From positions 224,001-288,000 of the forward strand of contig CBDCSU010000005.1 in assembly GCA_965221775.1 (NCBI GenBank): 64,000 nt of DNA. Direction: 5' to 3'. Source of the DNA: Candidatus Latescibacterota bacterium (lineage in GTDB: Bacteria > Latescibacterota > UBA2968 > UBA8231). The notes beneath the pieces are model-generated. The model was not told the origin of the DNA and searched no databases. It saw nothing but the letters and a program-made list of their open reading frames with translations. Each line of letters begins with the position of its first letter. Position 1 is the stretch's first letter. Both the position numbers and the translations under genes were made by a program. Of the stretch, positions 28,020-36,818 are shown piece after piece.

Positions 28020-29923
28020 GGCGACGGACGGGCCTCCAGCTTTTCCCGGACCTCCTCGTTCTCCGGCGTCAGGTCCAGGACCCGGCGCCAGTGGACCTCG
28101 GCCTCGTCGCGCTTGCCGAGGGCGTCGGCGATGTCCCCGGCGTGGTCGAGGATCACCGCCTGCTCCTCGGTGTCGTGGTCGTCCATCGCCTCCAGGGCCC
28201 GGGAGAGATAGCGCTCCGCCTCCTCCAGCTCCCCGAGGCGGTAGTAGGCCCAGCCCAGGCTGTCGAAGAAGGCGCCGTTGTCGGGCTCGATCGCCACCGC
28301 CCGGGTGAGGAGCTGCACCGCCTCCTCGAGGTGGACGCCGCGGTCGGCGAAGCTGTAGCCCAGGTAGTTGAGGGCGTAGGCGTCGTCGGGCTGCAGGGCC
28401 AGGACCTGCCGGAAGCAGTCGACGGCGCGCTCGAAGTAGCCGGCCCCCGGCGATTCCCGCGAGGCCTCCTCCAGGAGGCTGCCGAGGTAGAACAGGGCAC
28501 GGGTCCCGCCGGCGTCCAGGTCGACGGCCCGGGTCATGCGCGCGATCGCCTCGTCCCAGCGGCCGAGATTCTGCAGCGCCACGCCCCAGCGCAGGTGGAC
28601 CCTCATCAGCGTGGAGTCGGCCTCGACGGCCTGGCGGTAGCGCTCGATCGCCTCCGTCCAGAGTTGCTGCCGCCCGAGGACGAGGCCCCAGCGGCCGTAC
28701 AGCGGAGCCTCGGGGCCACCGGCGGCGAGGCCCCGCCGGTAGACGCCGATCGCCTCGTCCCAGAGACGGCGGCTCTCGAGGTTGCCGCCCCAGGCGAGGT
28801 ACACGTCGAGCGATTCGGGCAGCCGCCCGGCGGCCTGCTCGTACACGGCGAGGGCCTCCTCCGGGCGGTCCTCCTCCTCGAGGGCGGCGCCCCAGAAGAG
28901 GTAGAGCTCGAGACTGTCGGGCATCGCCTCCACGGCTTCCCGCAGGATCCCCTCCGCCCGTTCGGGGCGGCCCACGTGCAGGTAGTAGCGGGCCGGGTCG
29001 AGCCAGCCGTCGACCCGGGCGGGCCGGCCGCCGACGATGCGCTCGAAGACGGCGGCGGCGAGGGGGTACTTCTCCATCTCGGACAAGGCGATGCCCAGGC
29101 GGTAGAGGTAGGCGGCGTCCTCGGCTTCGAGGATCGGCGTCAGCTGCTCCACCGTCTCCAGCAGGCGCCCGAGCTCGTACATGAGCGACGAGCTGTCGGG
29201 GACGTGCCGCGCCCCCGCCTGGAGCGAGGTCAGCGCCGCCGGCCCGTCGCCTCGCGCCACCTGCAGCTCGCCCAGTCCCAGCCAGGCGTCCTCCACCCCG
29301 GGGTCGGCGGCCAGGATCTGGCGGAAGACCGCCTCCGCGCGCTCGCGCCGGCCGCTGCGGGAGAGCACGTAGCCCACGTTGACGCGCACGTCGACGGGCG
29401 TCTCCTCCTGGTCGAGGAGGCGGTCGAAGAGAGGGTCGATGCGGGCCTCGCGGCCGGTCTCCATGTAGATGCGCGCCAGGTACGAGTAGAGCTGCCAGTT
29501 GTGCGGGTCCCGGTCGATCAGCTCTTCGAGCTGCTCCCCCACCTCGGGCGGAGTGCCCACCGAGTCCAGCCAGCGCAGGAGCTGGTAGCGCAGGGCCGTG
29601 AGCTCCGGGTCGAGGGCCAGGGCCCTGCGCGCGAAGTGAGCGGCCATGCGGTAGTCGCGGATGCGGTCGTAGTTGCGCGCCAGCTGGGCGTGGATCGTCG
29701 GCGACGAGGGATCGAGGTCGGCGGCCGAGCGCAGGGCCACGATGGCGCCCAGGGGGTTGCCCTGGGACTCGAAGACCTTGGCGCTCACGAAGTACTGCAT
29801 CGCCTCCCGGCGGGCCTCCTCGGAGGGCTCGGTCCCGGAGGGCCGGCCCTGCATCACCCCGGCGCACGACCCGGTCAGGGCGACGACGGCCACGAGGCCG
29901 GCGCAACGCGGGAGGAGGGCCAT
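28016..29923 (-). CDS. TPR-repeat lipoprotein
   Basis: Lipobox TGSC; many TPRs; ALNYLGYS.AD, DSLGWAYY, ILDH.GD C-terminal motifs. Confidence 0.88.
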   Translation of the reverse strand: MALLPRCAGLVAVVALTGSCAGVMQGRPSGTEPSEEARREAMQYFVSAKVFESQGNPLGAIVALRSAADLDPSSPTIHAQLARNYDRIRDYRMAAHFARRALALDPELTALRYQLLRWLDSVGTPPEVGEQLEELIDRDPHNWQLYSYLARIYMETGREARIDPLFDRLLDQEETPVDVRVNVGYVLSRSGRRERAEAVFRQILAADPGVEDAWLGLGELQVARGDGPAALTSLQAGARHVPDSSSLMYELGRLLETVEQLTPILEAEDAAYLYRLGIALSEMEKYPLAAAVFERIVGGRPARVDGWLDPARYYLHVGRPERAEGILREAVEAMPDSLELYLFWGAALEEEDRPEEALAVYEQAAGRLPESLDVYLAWGGNLESRRLWDEAIGVYRRGLAAGGPEAPLYGRWGLVLGRQQLWTEAIERYRQAVEADSTLMRVHLRWGVALQNLGRWDEAIARMTRAVDLDAGGTRALFYLGSLLEEASRESPGAGYFERAVDCFRQVLALQPDDAYALNYLGYSFADRGVHLEEAVQLLTRAVAIEPDNGAFFDSLGWAYYRLGELEEAERYLSRALEAMDDHDTEEQAVILDHAGDIADALGKRDEAEVHWRRVLDLTPENEEVREKLEARPSP

Positions 29924-30780
29924 CAGGCGGCCGCCGGGGGCGCCGTCCGGCGCGGATCGAGGGCGTCGCGCAGGCCGTCGCCGACGAGGTTGAGGGCGAG
30001 GGCCACGGCGAAGATCGCCAGGCCGGGGAAGGTCATCACCCACGGCGCCTTGAGGAGCAGCTCGCGGCCGCTGTTGAGCATCGCCCCCCACTCCGGCGTC
30101 GGCGGCTGGGCGCCGAGGCCGAGAAAGCTCAGGCCCGCCGCGTCGAGGATCGCCGTGGCCAGGCTCAGGGAGGTCTGCACGATCAGCGGGGCCACGCAGT
30201 TGGGCAGCAGGCTGAAGGCGACGATGCGCAGGTGGCCGGCGCCGAGGGCGCGCGCCGCCTCGACGTAGGCCAGCTCGCGGAGGGAGAGGACCTGGGCCCG
30301 CACCAGGCGGGCGAACTGGGGGATGAGGACGATGCTCACGGCGATCATGACGTTGTCGATGCCGGGGCCGATGACGGCGACGATGGCGATGGCCAGCAGG
30401 ATCGAGGGAAAGGCGAGCATCATGTCCACGAGGCGCATGATGAGGGTGTCGGTGAGGCCGCCGCGGTACCCGGCCGCCAGGCCGAGGGCGGTGCCCAGGG
30501 TCAGGGAGATGCCGATGCAGATGCCGCCGATACGCAAAGAGATGCGGGAGCCGTGGATCACCCGGCTGAGGATGTCCCGCCCGAACTCGTCGGTGCCCAT
30601 GGGATGTTGCCACGACGGCGGCTGCAGGCGCTGGTAGAGGTCCTGTTCCAGCGGGTCGAAGGGCGCCAGCAGGGGCGCCAGGATCGCCACGATCACCAGG
30701 CCGGCGAGGACGGCGGTGCCGGCCAGCGGCAGGGGCCGCGACCGCAGATGGCGCGCGGCCCCGGTGAGGACGTCGATGAT
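29923..30780 (-). CDS. dppC: Dipeptide ABC transporter permease (start uncertain: ATC 30780 or GTG 30696)
   Basis: HPMGTDEFGRDILSR, YVEAARALGA, LSFLGLGAQPPTPEWG, GDGLRDALDPR. Confidence 0.9.
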   Translation of the reverse strand: MIDVLTGAARHLRSRPLPLAGTAVLAGLVIVAILAPLLAPFDPLEQDLYQRLQPPSWQHPMGTDEFGRDILSRVIHGSRISLRIGGICIGISLTLGTALGLAAGYRGGLTDTLIMRLVDMMLAFPSILLAIAIVAVIGPGIDNVMIAVSIVLIPQFARLVRAQVLSLRELAYVEAARALGAGHLRIVAFSLLPNCVAPLIVQTSLSLATAILDAAGLSFLGLGAQPPTPEWGAMLNSGRELLLKAPWVMTFPGLAIFAVALALNLVGDGLRDALDPRRTAPPAAA

Positions 30781-30826
30781 GGCTCTATCCGCCTTTCTCG
30801 TTGCGGGGAATATAAGCAGGCCCCGC

Positions 30827-32737
30827 TCAGGCCGGCGGCACCAGGACCAGGGCGGCCAGGGGGGGCAGGGTGAGGACCGCCGACCAGCGGCGCCCGTGGC
30901 AGGGCTCCTCGCGGGACTCCACGATGCCGAGGTTGCCCGCCCCCGAGCCGCCGTAGTCGACGGCGTCGGTGTTGAGCCGTTCCCGCCAGCGCCCGGGGCG
31001 GGGCAGGCCCAGGCGGAAGCCGCGGCGCGGCTCCGGCGTGAAGTTGCAGACCGCCGCCAGGACGCCGCCCTCCGGCGAGCGGCGCTCGAAGGCGAGGACG
31101 GCGCTCTCGCTGCCGCCGCCCTCGATCCACTCGAACCCGTCCTCGTCGCAGTCGCTGGCGTGCAGCCCCGGATGGCTCCGGTAGAGGCCGTTGAGGTCGC
31201 GCACCAGGTCCTGCACCCCCCGGTGCCAGCCGTGCTCCAGGCTCGACCACTCCAGACCCTGGAGATGGTCCCACTCCGGCCGCTGGCCGAACTCCCCCCC
31301 CATGAAGAGCAGCTTCTTGCCGGGGAAGGCGAACATCCAGGCGAGGAGCAGCCGCAGGTTGGCGAACCGCTGCCAGTCGTCGCCCGGCATCTTCTCCAGC
31401 AGCGACCGCTTCCCGTGGACGACCTCGTCGTGGCTCAGGGGCAGGAGGAAGCTCTCGGCGTGGGCGTAGTGGGCGGCGAAGGTGAGGTCCGCCATGTGAC
31501 ACCGCCGGTCCCCGGGACCGCGGCCCATGTAGCGCAGCGCGTCGTTCATCCAGCCCATGTTCCACTTGAAGCCGAAACCGAGCCCCCCCGCCTCTGCCGG
31601 GCGGGTCACCCCGGGCCAGGCCGTCGACTCCTCGGCGAGCATCAGGGCCCCGGGATGGTGCTCGTGGACCAGCCGGTTGGTCTCCCGCAGGAACTCGATG
31701 GCCTCCAGGTTCTCCCGTCCCCCGCGGCGGTTCGGCGTCCATTCCCCTTCCTTGCGCGAGTAGTCCAGGTAGAGCATGGAGGAGACCGCGTCGACCCGCA
31801 GCCCGTCCACGTGGAAGCGCTCCAGCCAGAACAGGGCGTTGGACTGCAGGAAGGCCCTCACCTCCGGGCGCCCGAAGTCGAAGGTCAGGGTGCCCCAGTC
31901 GGGATGGAGCCCGAGATCGGCGGACTCGTAGAGGGGGGTTCCGTCGAACCGCGCCAGGCCGTGGGCGTCCTCCGGGAAATGGCCGGGCACCCAGTCGAGG
32001 ATCACCCCGAGGCCGCGGCCGTGGAGGTGATCGACGAAGTACGCGAAGTCTTCCGGCGGTCCGAGGCGGGCCGTGGGCGCGAAGTAGCCGGTGACCTGGT
32101 ATCCCCAGGAGCCGTCGAAGGGATGCTCGGCCACGGCCATCAGCTCGACGTGGGTGAAGCCCAGGCCGGCGGCGTACTCGGCCAGCTCGTGGGCCAGCCG
32201 GCGCCAGCCGAGGGGCTCGCCCCCGGGGCCGCGCCGCCACGAGCCGGGGTGGACCTCGTAGATGGACAGGGGCTCCCGCGCCCACCGGCGCTCCTCCCGG
32301 CGCTCCATCCACTCGGCGTCGGTCCACTCGAAGTCGTGCCCGGCGGAGACGACGGAGGCCGTGCGCGGCGGCGCCTCGGCGGCGAAGGCCACCGGGTCGG
32401 CCTTGTGCAGCAGGTCCCCGGCGGCGGTCAGGATCTCGTACTTGTAGAGGGCGCCGGCGCCCACGCCGGGGAGGAAGAGCTCCCATACCCCGCGGGACCC
32501 CGCCCGGGCCATGGGGTGGCGGAGTCCGTCCCAGTCGTTGAAGTCCCCCACCACGCTGACCCGTTCCGCGGCCGGGGCCCACACGGCAAAGTGCACCCCG
32601 TCGCGACCTTGCACGATCCGCGGATGGGCGCCGAGGAGATCGTGGATCCGGTAGTGCCGGCCGGCGGCACGGCCCCCGGCGTCGACCCCGGGCGAAGAAG
32701 GCGGCGCGGCTCCCGGAGAGGATGGGGCCGCATCCAT
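30827..32737 (-). CDS. glgB: 1,4-alpha-glucan branching enzyme (short form)
   Basis: [53 protein letters not shown]. Confidence 0.95.
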   Translation of the reverse strand: MDAAPSSPGAAPPSSPGVDAGGRAAGRHYRIHDLLGAHPRIVQGRDGVHFAVWAPAAERVSVVGDFNDWDGLRHPMARAGSRGVWELFLPGVGAGALYKYEILTAAGDLLHKADPVAFAAEAPPRTASVVSAGHDFEWTDAEWMERREERRWAREPLSIYEVHPGSWRRGPGGEPLGWRRLAHELAEYAAGLGFTHVELMAVAEHPFDGSWGYQVTGYFAPTARLGPPEDFAYFVDHLHGRGLGVILDWVPGHFPEDAHGLARFDGTPLYESADLGLHPDWGTLTFDFGRPEVRAFLQSNALFWLERFHVDGLRVDAVSSMLYLDYSRKEGEWTPNRRGGRENLEAIEFLRETNRLVHEHHPGALMLAEESTAWPGVTRPAEAGGLGFGFKWNMGWMNDALRYMGRGPGDRRCHMADLTFAAHYAHAESFLLPLSHDEVVHGKRSLLEKMPGDDWQRFANLRLLLAWMFAFPGKKLLFMGGEFGQRPEWDHLQGLEWSSLEHGWHRGVQDLVRDLNGLYRSHPGLHASDCDEDGFEWIEGGGSESAVLAFERRSPEGGVLAAVCNFTPEPRRGFRLGLPRPGRWRERLNTDAVDYGGSGAGNLGIVESREEPCHGRRWSAVLTLPPLAALVLVPPA

Positions 32738-34650
32738 CAGGTGGAGGCTCTCTCGCGGTCCCCTGTCTCGAGTGCAGCCGTCGAGGCGCCGCAGCAGCCG
32801 GCCTCGGGCTCGGGTTCGGACGGCGCTCCACAGCAGTCCGGCTCGGGCTCCGACGCCCCCACGCAGCAGTCCGGCTCGGGCTCCGACTCGCAGCAGGAGT
32901 GGGCGGCCTCGCCGGCAGGCTCCGCGGTGCCGGCTTCGAGGATCTCGCCCACGAAGGCCCGCGGTCCCCGGCGCACCATCGAGGCCAGCATCAGCGCCCC
33001 GAGCGCGGCCAGGCAGAGGTCCCGCCACCCGGCCCCGTGGCCGGCGTGCTCCAGGTCCGGCACGACGCCGGCCACCTCGGTCAGGCCGTTGACGGCGCGC
33101 CCGAGGAGCACGGTGATGACGACCACGCAGGCGGCGAAGAGCAGGGCGATGCGGCGGCCGTGGAGCCGCGTGAGCACGCCGAGGGTGGTGACGTTGGTCG
33201 CCGGCCCGGTGATCAGGAAGGCCAGGGCCGCCCCCGGCGAGACGCCGTTGAGGACCAGGACCGCCACCAGGGGCGTGGCCCCGGCGGCGCAGACGTAGAC
33301 CGGCATGCCCACCAGGGCCATGATCTCCACCTCCAGCCCGGGCGGCACCAGCTCCGACCACCGGGTACCGACGAGACCGTGGACCAGCGCGGCGAGGGTC
33401 AGCCCCACGAGGATCCAGGGCGCCGTGGAGTCCACCACCTCGCCCAGGCCCTGGGACAGTCCCGTGCGCAGGCGCGCCGTCAGGGGCGCCTTGCCCGCGC
33501 CGGCGTCGGCCGCCGCCCCCTGGGGCACCAGCCGCGAGGCGAAGCGGCCCACGAACCACCCCGTGCCGAGGGCGACGGCGGCCGCCGCCGCCACCCGGGC
33601 GACGGTGAACTCGCCTCCCAGCAGGGGCAGGGTGATGAGGACGGCGTCGAGGCTCAGCTCGGGCGTGGCGATGAGGAAGGCCATGGCCGCCGTGGGCGGG
33701 ACCCCGGCGACCACGATCGAGCGGTAGAGGGGGACGACGCCGCAGGAGCAGACGGGCAGAGGCAGGCCGAAGGCCATGCCCCGGGCGGCCTGGGAGAGCC
33801 GGGAACCGCGCCTCATCCAGTCCACTGTGCCCTGGGGCAGCAGGGCGTACACCAGGCCGGCACCGACGTAGGCGATCAGCAGGGCGGGCGCCGACTCGCG
33901 GGCCAGGGTGTAGAACACCCCCGCCATCCCGCCCAAGGCCGCGGGAACCCCCTGGGCGGCGGTGACCACCCCCAGCAGCACCAGGGCGGCCAGGGCTCCC
34001 AGGCCCGAGGGCCACCGCCGGAGGGCTGCATCTTCGGCTCCGGCCACCGGATAGCGGCGGCGCAGCACGACGTGCAGCAGGGCGCCCGCCGTCAGCGCCT
34101 GGAACAGCCCCCAGCCGAGCCCGCCCGGGGCCGTCCCGCCCGGGATGAAGCCGAGGAAGCCGCCCGCGGTGGCCGCCGCCACCGCTCCCAGGGCGGCCAG
34201 GGCGGGCGCCAGCCCGTAGAGCGGCCGCAGGAGAAACCAGAGGGCCAGCCCCAGCGGCAGGCGGTGCAGGAGGCCGGCCGCGTGCCAGTCACCGCCGCCG
34301 GCCCCCCCGGACAGAGCAAGGCCGTCGAGGCAGGCGTGGGCACCGATGGCGGCCAGGGCGAGGAGGAGGGCGACGACGCGGACGGTGGACTTGAGGGGCG
34401 GCAGATAGCGCCCGATCAGCGCCGGCAGCCACAACCCGGCGGCCACGGCCGCCGCCGCCGGCGCCCAGCCGGCTACGGCGGCGCTTCCCGGAACCATCTG
34501 CAGAAGGACGAAGCCGCCGACGCCGACGAAGAGAAAACCGTCGAGGAAGGCCGTCAGACGGCCCGAGGCCCGTGCGGCCCCGTAGGCCAGGGGGCCCGCC
34601 GCGAGGGCGAGCAGAGTGAGCGCCAGCAGGGTCCAGGCGGATGGATTCAT
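32737..34650 (-). CDS. ZIP-like + ArsP/DUF318 fused metal permease with Cys-Cys repeat tail
   Basis: N-half HACLDG / LHRLP / GALLH; C-half [30 protein letters not shown]; tail with four CC pairs. Confidence 0.8.
   Translation of the reverse strand: MNPSAWTLLALTLLALAAGPLAYGAARASGRLTAFLDGFLFVGVGGFVLLQMVPGSAAVAGWAPAAAAVAAGLWLPALIGRYLPPLKSTVRVVALLLALAAIGAHACLDGLALSGGAGGGDWHAAGLLHRLPLGLALWFLLRPLYGLAPALAALGAVAAATAGGFLGFIPGGTAPGGLGWGLFQALTAGALLHVVLRRRYPVAGAEDAALRRWPSGLGALAALVLLGVVTAAQGVPAALGGMAGVFYTLARESAPALLIAYVGAGLVYALLPQGTVDWMRRGSRLSQAARGMAFGLPLPVCSCGVVPLYRSIVVAGVPPTAAMAFLIATPELSLDAVLITLPLLGGEFTVARVAAAAAVALGTGWFVGRFASRLVPQGAAADAGAGKAPLTARLRTGLSQGLGEVVDSTAPWILVGLTLAALVHGLVGTRWSELVPPGLEVEIMALVGMPVYVCAAGATPLVAVLVLNGVSPGAALAFLITGPATNVTTLGVLTRLHGRRIALLFAACVVVITVLLGRAVNGLTEVAGVVPDLEHAGHGAGWRDLCLAALGALMLASMVRRGPRAFVGEILEAGTAEPAGEAAHSCCESEPEPDCCVGASEPEPDCCGAPSEPEPEAGCCGASTAALETGDRERAST
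32792..32897. repeat. Imperfect tandem repeat encoding (SEPEPDCC)n
   Basis: CAGCAGTCCGGCTCGGGCTCCGAC exact at 32831-32854 and 32864-32887, with degenerate flanking copies. Confidence 0.8.
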
Positions 34651-34770
34651 GACGAGATCGAATGTACTGGGCCCGCCAGCCCCCGGCTACCTGGCTCCTT
34701 GCCAGGAAAGGGAGCGGGGGTTACCTAGGGACACCTGCGGTATCCATCCGGCTCCCGGGACAAGGCCTGC

Positions 34771-36081
34771 GTGAAGACCGAACCACTGCACGGCTGGGGG
34801 CGCCACCCACGCCTCCACGGCGCCGTGCACCGCGCCCGCGACCTCGACGACCTGCGGCGGCTCGCCCGGTCGACCCGCGCCGGCATCGGCCGCGGCGCCG
34901 GCCGCAGCTACGGAGACGCGGCCGTCGGCGCCCATGTGATCTCGGCCCTGCCGCTGCGTCACCTGCTCGACTTCGATGGCCAGAGCGGGGTCCTGAAGGC
35001 CCAGGCCGGCGTCACCCTCGACGACGTGATCCGCTTCGCCCTCCCCCGCGGCTGGTTCCCCCCGGTCACCCCCGGGACCCGGCACTGCACCCTGGGCGGC
35101 TGCGTCGCCGCCGACGTCCACGGCAAGAACCACCACCGCGTCGGCGCCTTCGGGGCCTTCGTCGACGAGCTGGAGATGGTGCTCGCCGGCGGCGACGTGG
35201 TGCGCTGCTCGCGGACCGAGCTCCCCGACCTGTTCTGGGCGACCCTGGGGGGCATGGGGCTGACGGGGCTGATCCACGCCGTCACCCTGCGGCTGGCGCC
35301 GGTATCCTCCGCCTTCATCGACAACCTCGGCGTGCGCACCGGGAACCTGGGAGAGACCTGCCGGCTCCTCAGGGAAACCCAGGATGACCACGCCTACTCC
35401 GTGGCCTGGATCGATCTGCTGCCCCGGGGCGGGCGCCGGGGGCGGGGGCACGTGCTCCTCGGCGACCCCGCCGACGGGCCCGCGCTGGCCCCCCTGCACC
35501 GGGATCCGCGGTGGAAGCTGCCCGCCCTGCCGGCCAACCTCGTGCGCGGCACCGGGCTGCGCCTGCTCAACGCCCTCTGGTACCGCCGGCAGCTCCGGAA
35601 GCGCAGCCGTCGGCGGGTCCACTACGGCCCCTACTTCCATCCCCTCGACGGCGTCGCCCACTGGAACCGGGCCTACGGCCCCCGGGGCTTCCTGCAGTTC
35701 CAGTTCGCCGTCCCCTTCGACAGCGGCGAGGAGGTGATGGCCGACGTGGTCGAGCGCACCCGGCGTGCAGCGCCCTGCTCGCTGGCGGTGCTCAAGACCT
35801 TCGGCGACCACCCCGGCGGGCCCCTCGGTTTCCCCATGCCGGGATACACCCTGGCCCTCGACTTCCCGCGCACCTCGCGGATCGAGGAAGCTCTGGGCGC
35901 CGCCGCCGGCACGGTGGCCGCCGCCGGGGGCCGCGTCTACCTGGCCAAGGACGCCCTCCTCACGCCGGATCAGACCGAGGCCATGTACCCGCGCCTCGAC
36001 GAGTTCCGCGCCGCCCGCCGCCGCTACGACCCCGGGGGCCGCTTCCGGTCGGCTCTCTCCGACCGCACGGGGCTGACGTGA
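34771..36081 (+). CDS. dprE1: DprE1-like FAD-dependent decaprenylphosphoryl-ribose oxidase
   Basis: GWG start, RG.GRSYGDAA, PVTPGT...TLGG..A.DVHGKNHH, YSVAWID, WNR.YG..GFLQ.Q, LAVLK.FG, TLALDFP, GR.YLAKD. Confidence 0.85.
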   Translation: MKTEPLHGWGRHPRLHGAVHRARDLDDLRRLARSTRAGIGRGAGRSYGDAAVGAHVISALPLRHLLDFDGQSGVLKAQAGVTLDDVIRFALPRGWFPPVTPGTRHCTLGGCVAADVHGKNHHRVGAFGAFVDELEMVLAGGDVVRCSRTELPDLFWATLGGMGLTGLIHAVTLRLAPVSSAFIDNLGVRTGNLGETCRLLRETQDDHAYSVAWIDLLPRGGRRGRGHVLLGDPADGPALAPLHRDPRWKLPALPANLVRGTGLRLLNALWYRRQLRKRSRRRVHYGPYFHPLDGVAHWNRAYGPRGFLQFQFAVPFDSGEEVMADVVERTRRAAPCSLAVLKTFGDHPGGPLGFPMPGYTLALDFPRTSRIEEALGAAAGTVAAAGGRVYLAKDALLTPDQTEAMYPRLDEFRAARRRYDPGGRFRSALSDRTGLT

Positions 36082-36818
36082 GCGGCCGCGCCCTGATCCT
36101 GGGGGCCCGCTCGGCCATCGCCGCGGCCCTGGCCCAACGGCTGGCCGGGGACGGCTGGGACCTGGTGCTGGCGGCGCGCGATTGCCGGAGGCTGGAGCCG
36201 GTGGCCGCCGACCTGCGCCTGCGCCGGCAGCGGCAGGTGGACCTGCTGGAGTTCGACGCCCTCGACCTGGCGTCGCACGCCTGTCTCGCCGACCGGGTGC
36301 GCGCCGCCGCCGGCCCCTTCGACCTCGTGGTCTGCGTCTTCGGCTACGCCGGCGATCCCGACGCGGCGCGCCGCGACACCGGGGAGATGACGGCCACCCT
36401 GGGCATCAACTTCACCGCCGCCGCCGTCTGCCTCGGACACCTGGCCAACGACCTGGAGGAGCGGCGCGAAGGCGGCCTCATCGCCGTGAGCTCCGTCGCC
36501 GGCGACCGGGGGCGGCAGTCCAACTACGTGTACGGCGCATCCAAAGGCGGGCTGAACGTCTTCCTCCAGGGCCTGCGGAACCGTCTGGCACCCGCCGGGG
36601 TGCACGTGATGACCGTGAAGCCGGGCTTCGTGGACACGCCGATGACGGAGGGCCGCGAGGGGCTGTTCCTGGTGGCCTCGCCGGAGCGGGTGGCCGGCGA
36701 TGTCCTGCGCGCCTGGAAGAGGCGGCGGAACGTGGTCTACACGCCCTGGTTCTGGCGCTGGATCATGCTCCTGATCCGCCTGGTGCCGGAGGGGTTGTTC
36801 AAGCGGCTGAGGCTGTAG
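36078..36818 (+). CDS. dprE2: DprE2-like short-chain reductase
   Basis: GTGA overlap; ILGA.SAIA, SSVAGDRGR.SNYVYGASK, VKPGFVDTPMT. Confidence 0.8.
   Translation: MSGRALILGARSAIAAALAQRLAGDGWDLVLAARDCRRLEPVAADLRLRRQRQVDLLEFDALDLASHACLADRVRAAAGPFDLVVCVFGYAGDPDAARRDTGEMTATLGINFTAAAVCLGHLANDLEERREGGLIAVSSVAGDRGRQSNYVYGASKGGLNVFLQGLRNRLAPAGVHVMTVKPGFVDTPMTEGREGLFLVASPERVAGDVLRAWKRRRNVVYTPWFWRWIMLLIRLVPEGLFKRLRL

Noticed and set aside
32792-32897. Short repeats as a CRISPR array
   Set aside because: In-frame coding repeats with very short spacers; no cas genes
36799-36818. 20-bp convergent overlap of dprE2 and recD2
   Set aside because: Common in compact high-GC genomes; no sign of function
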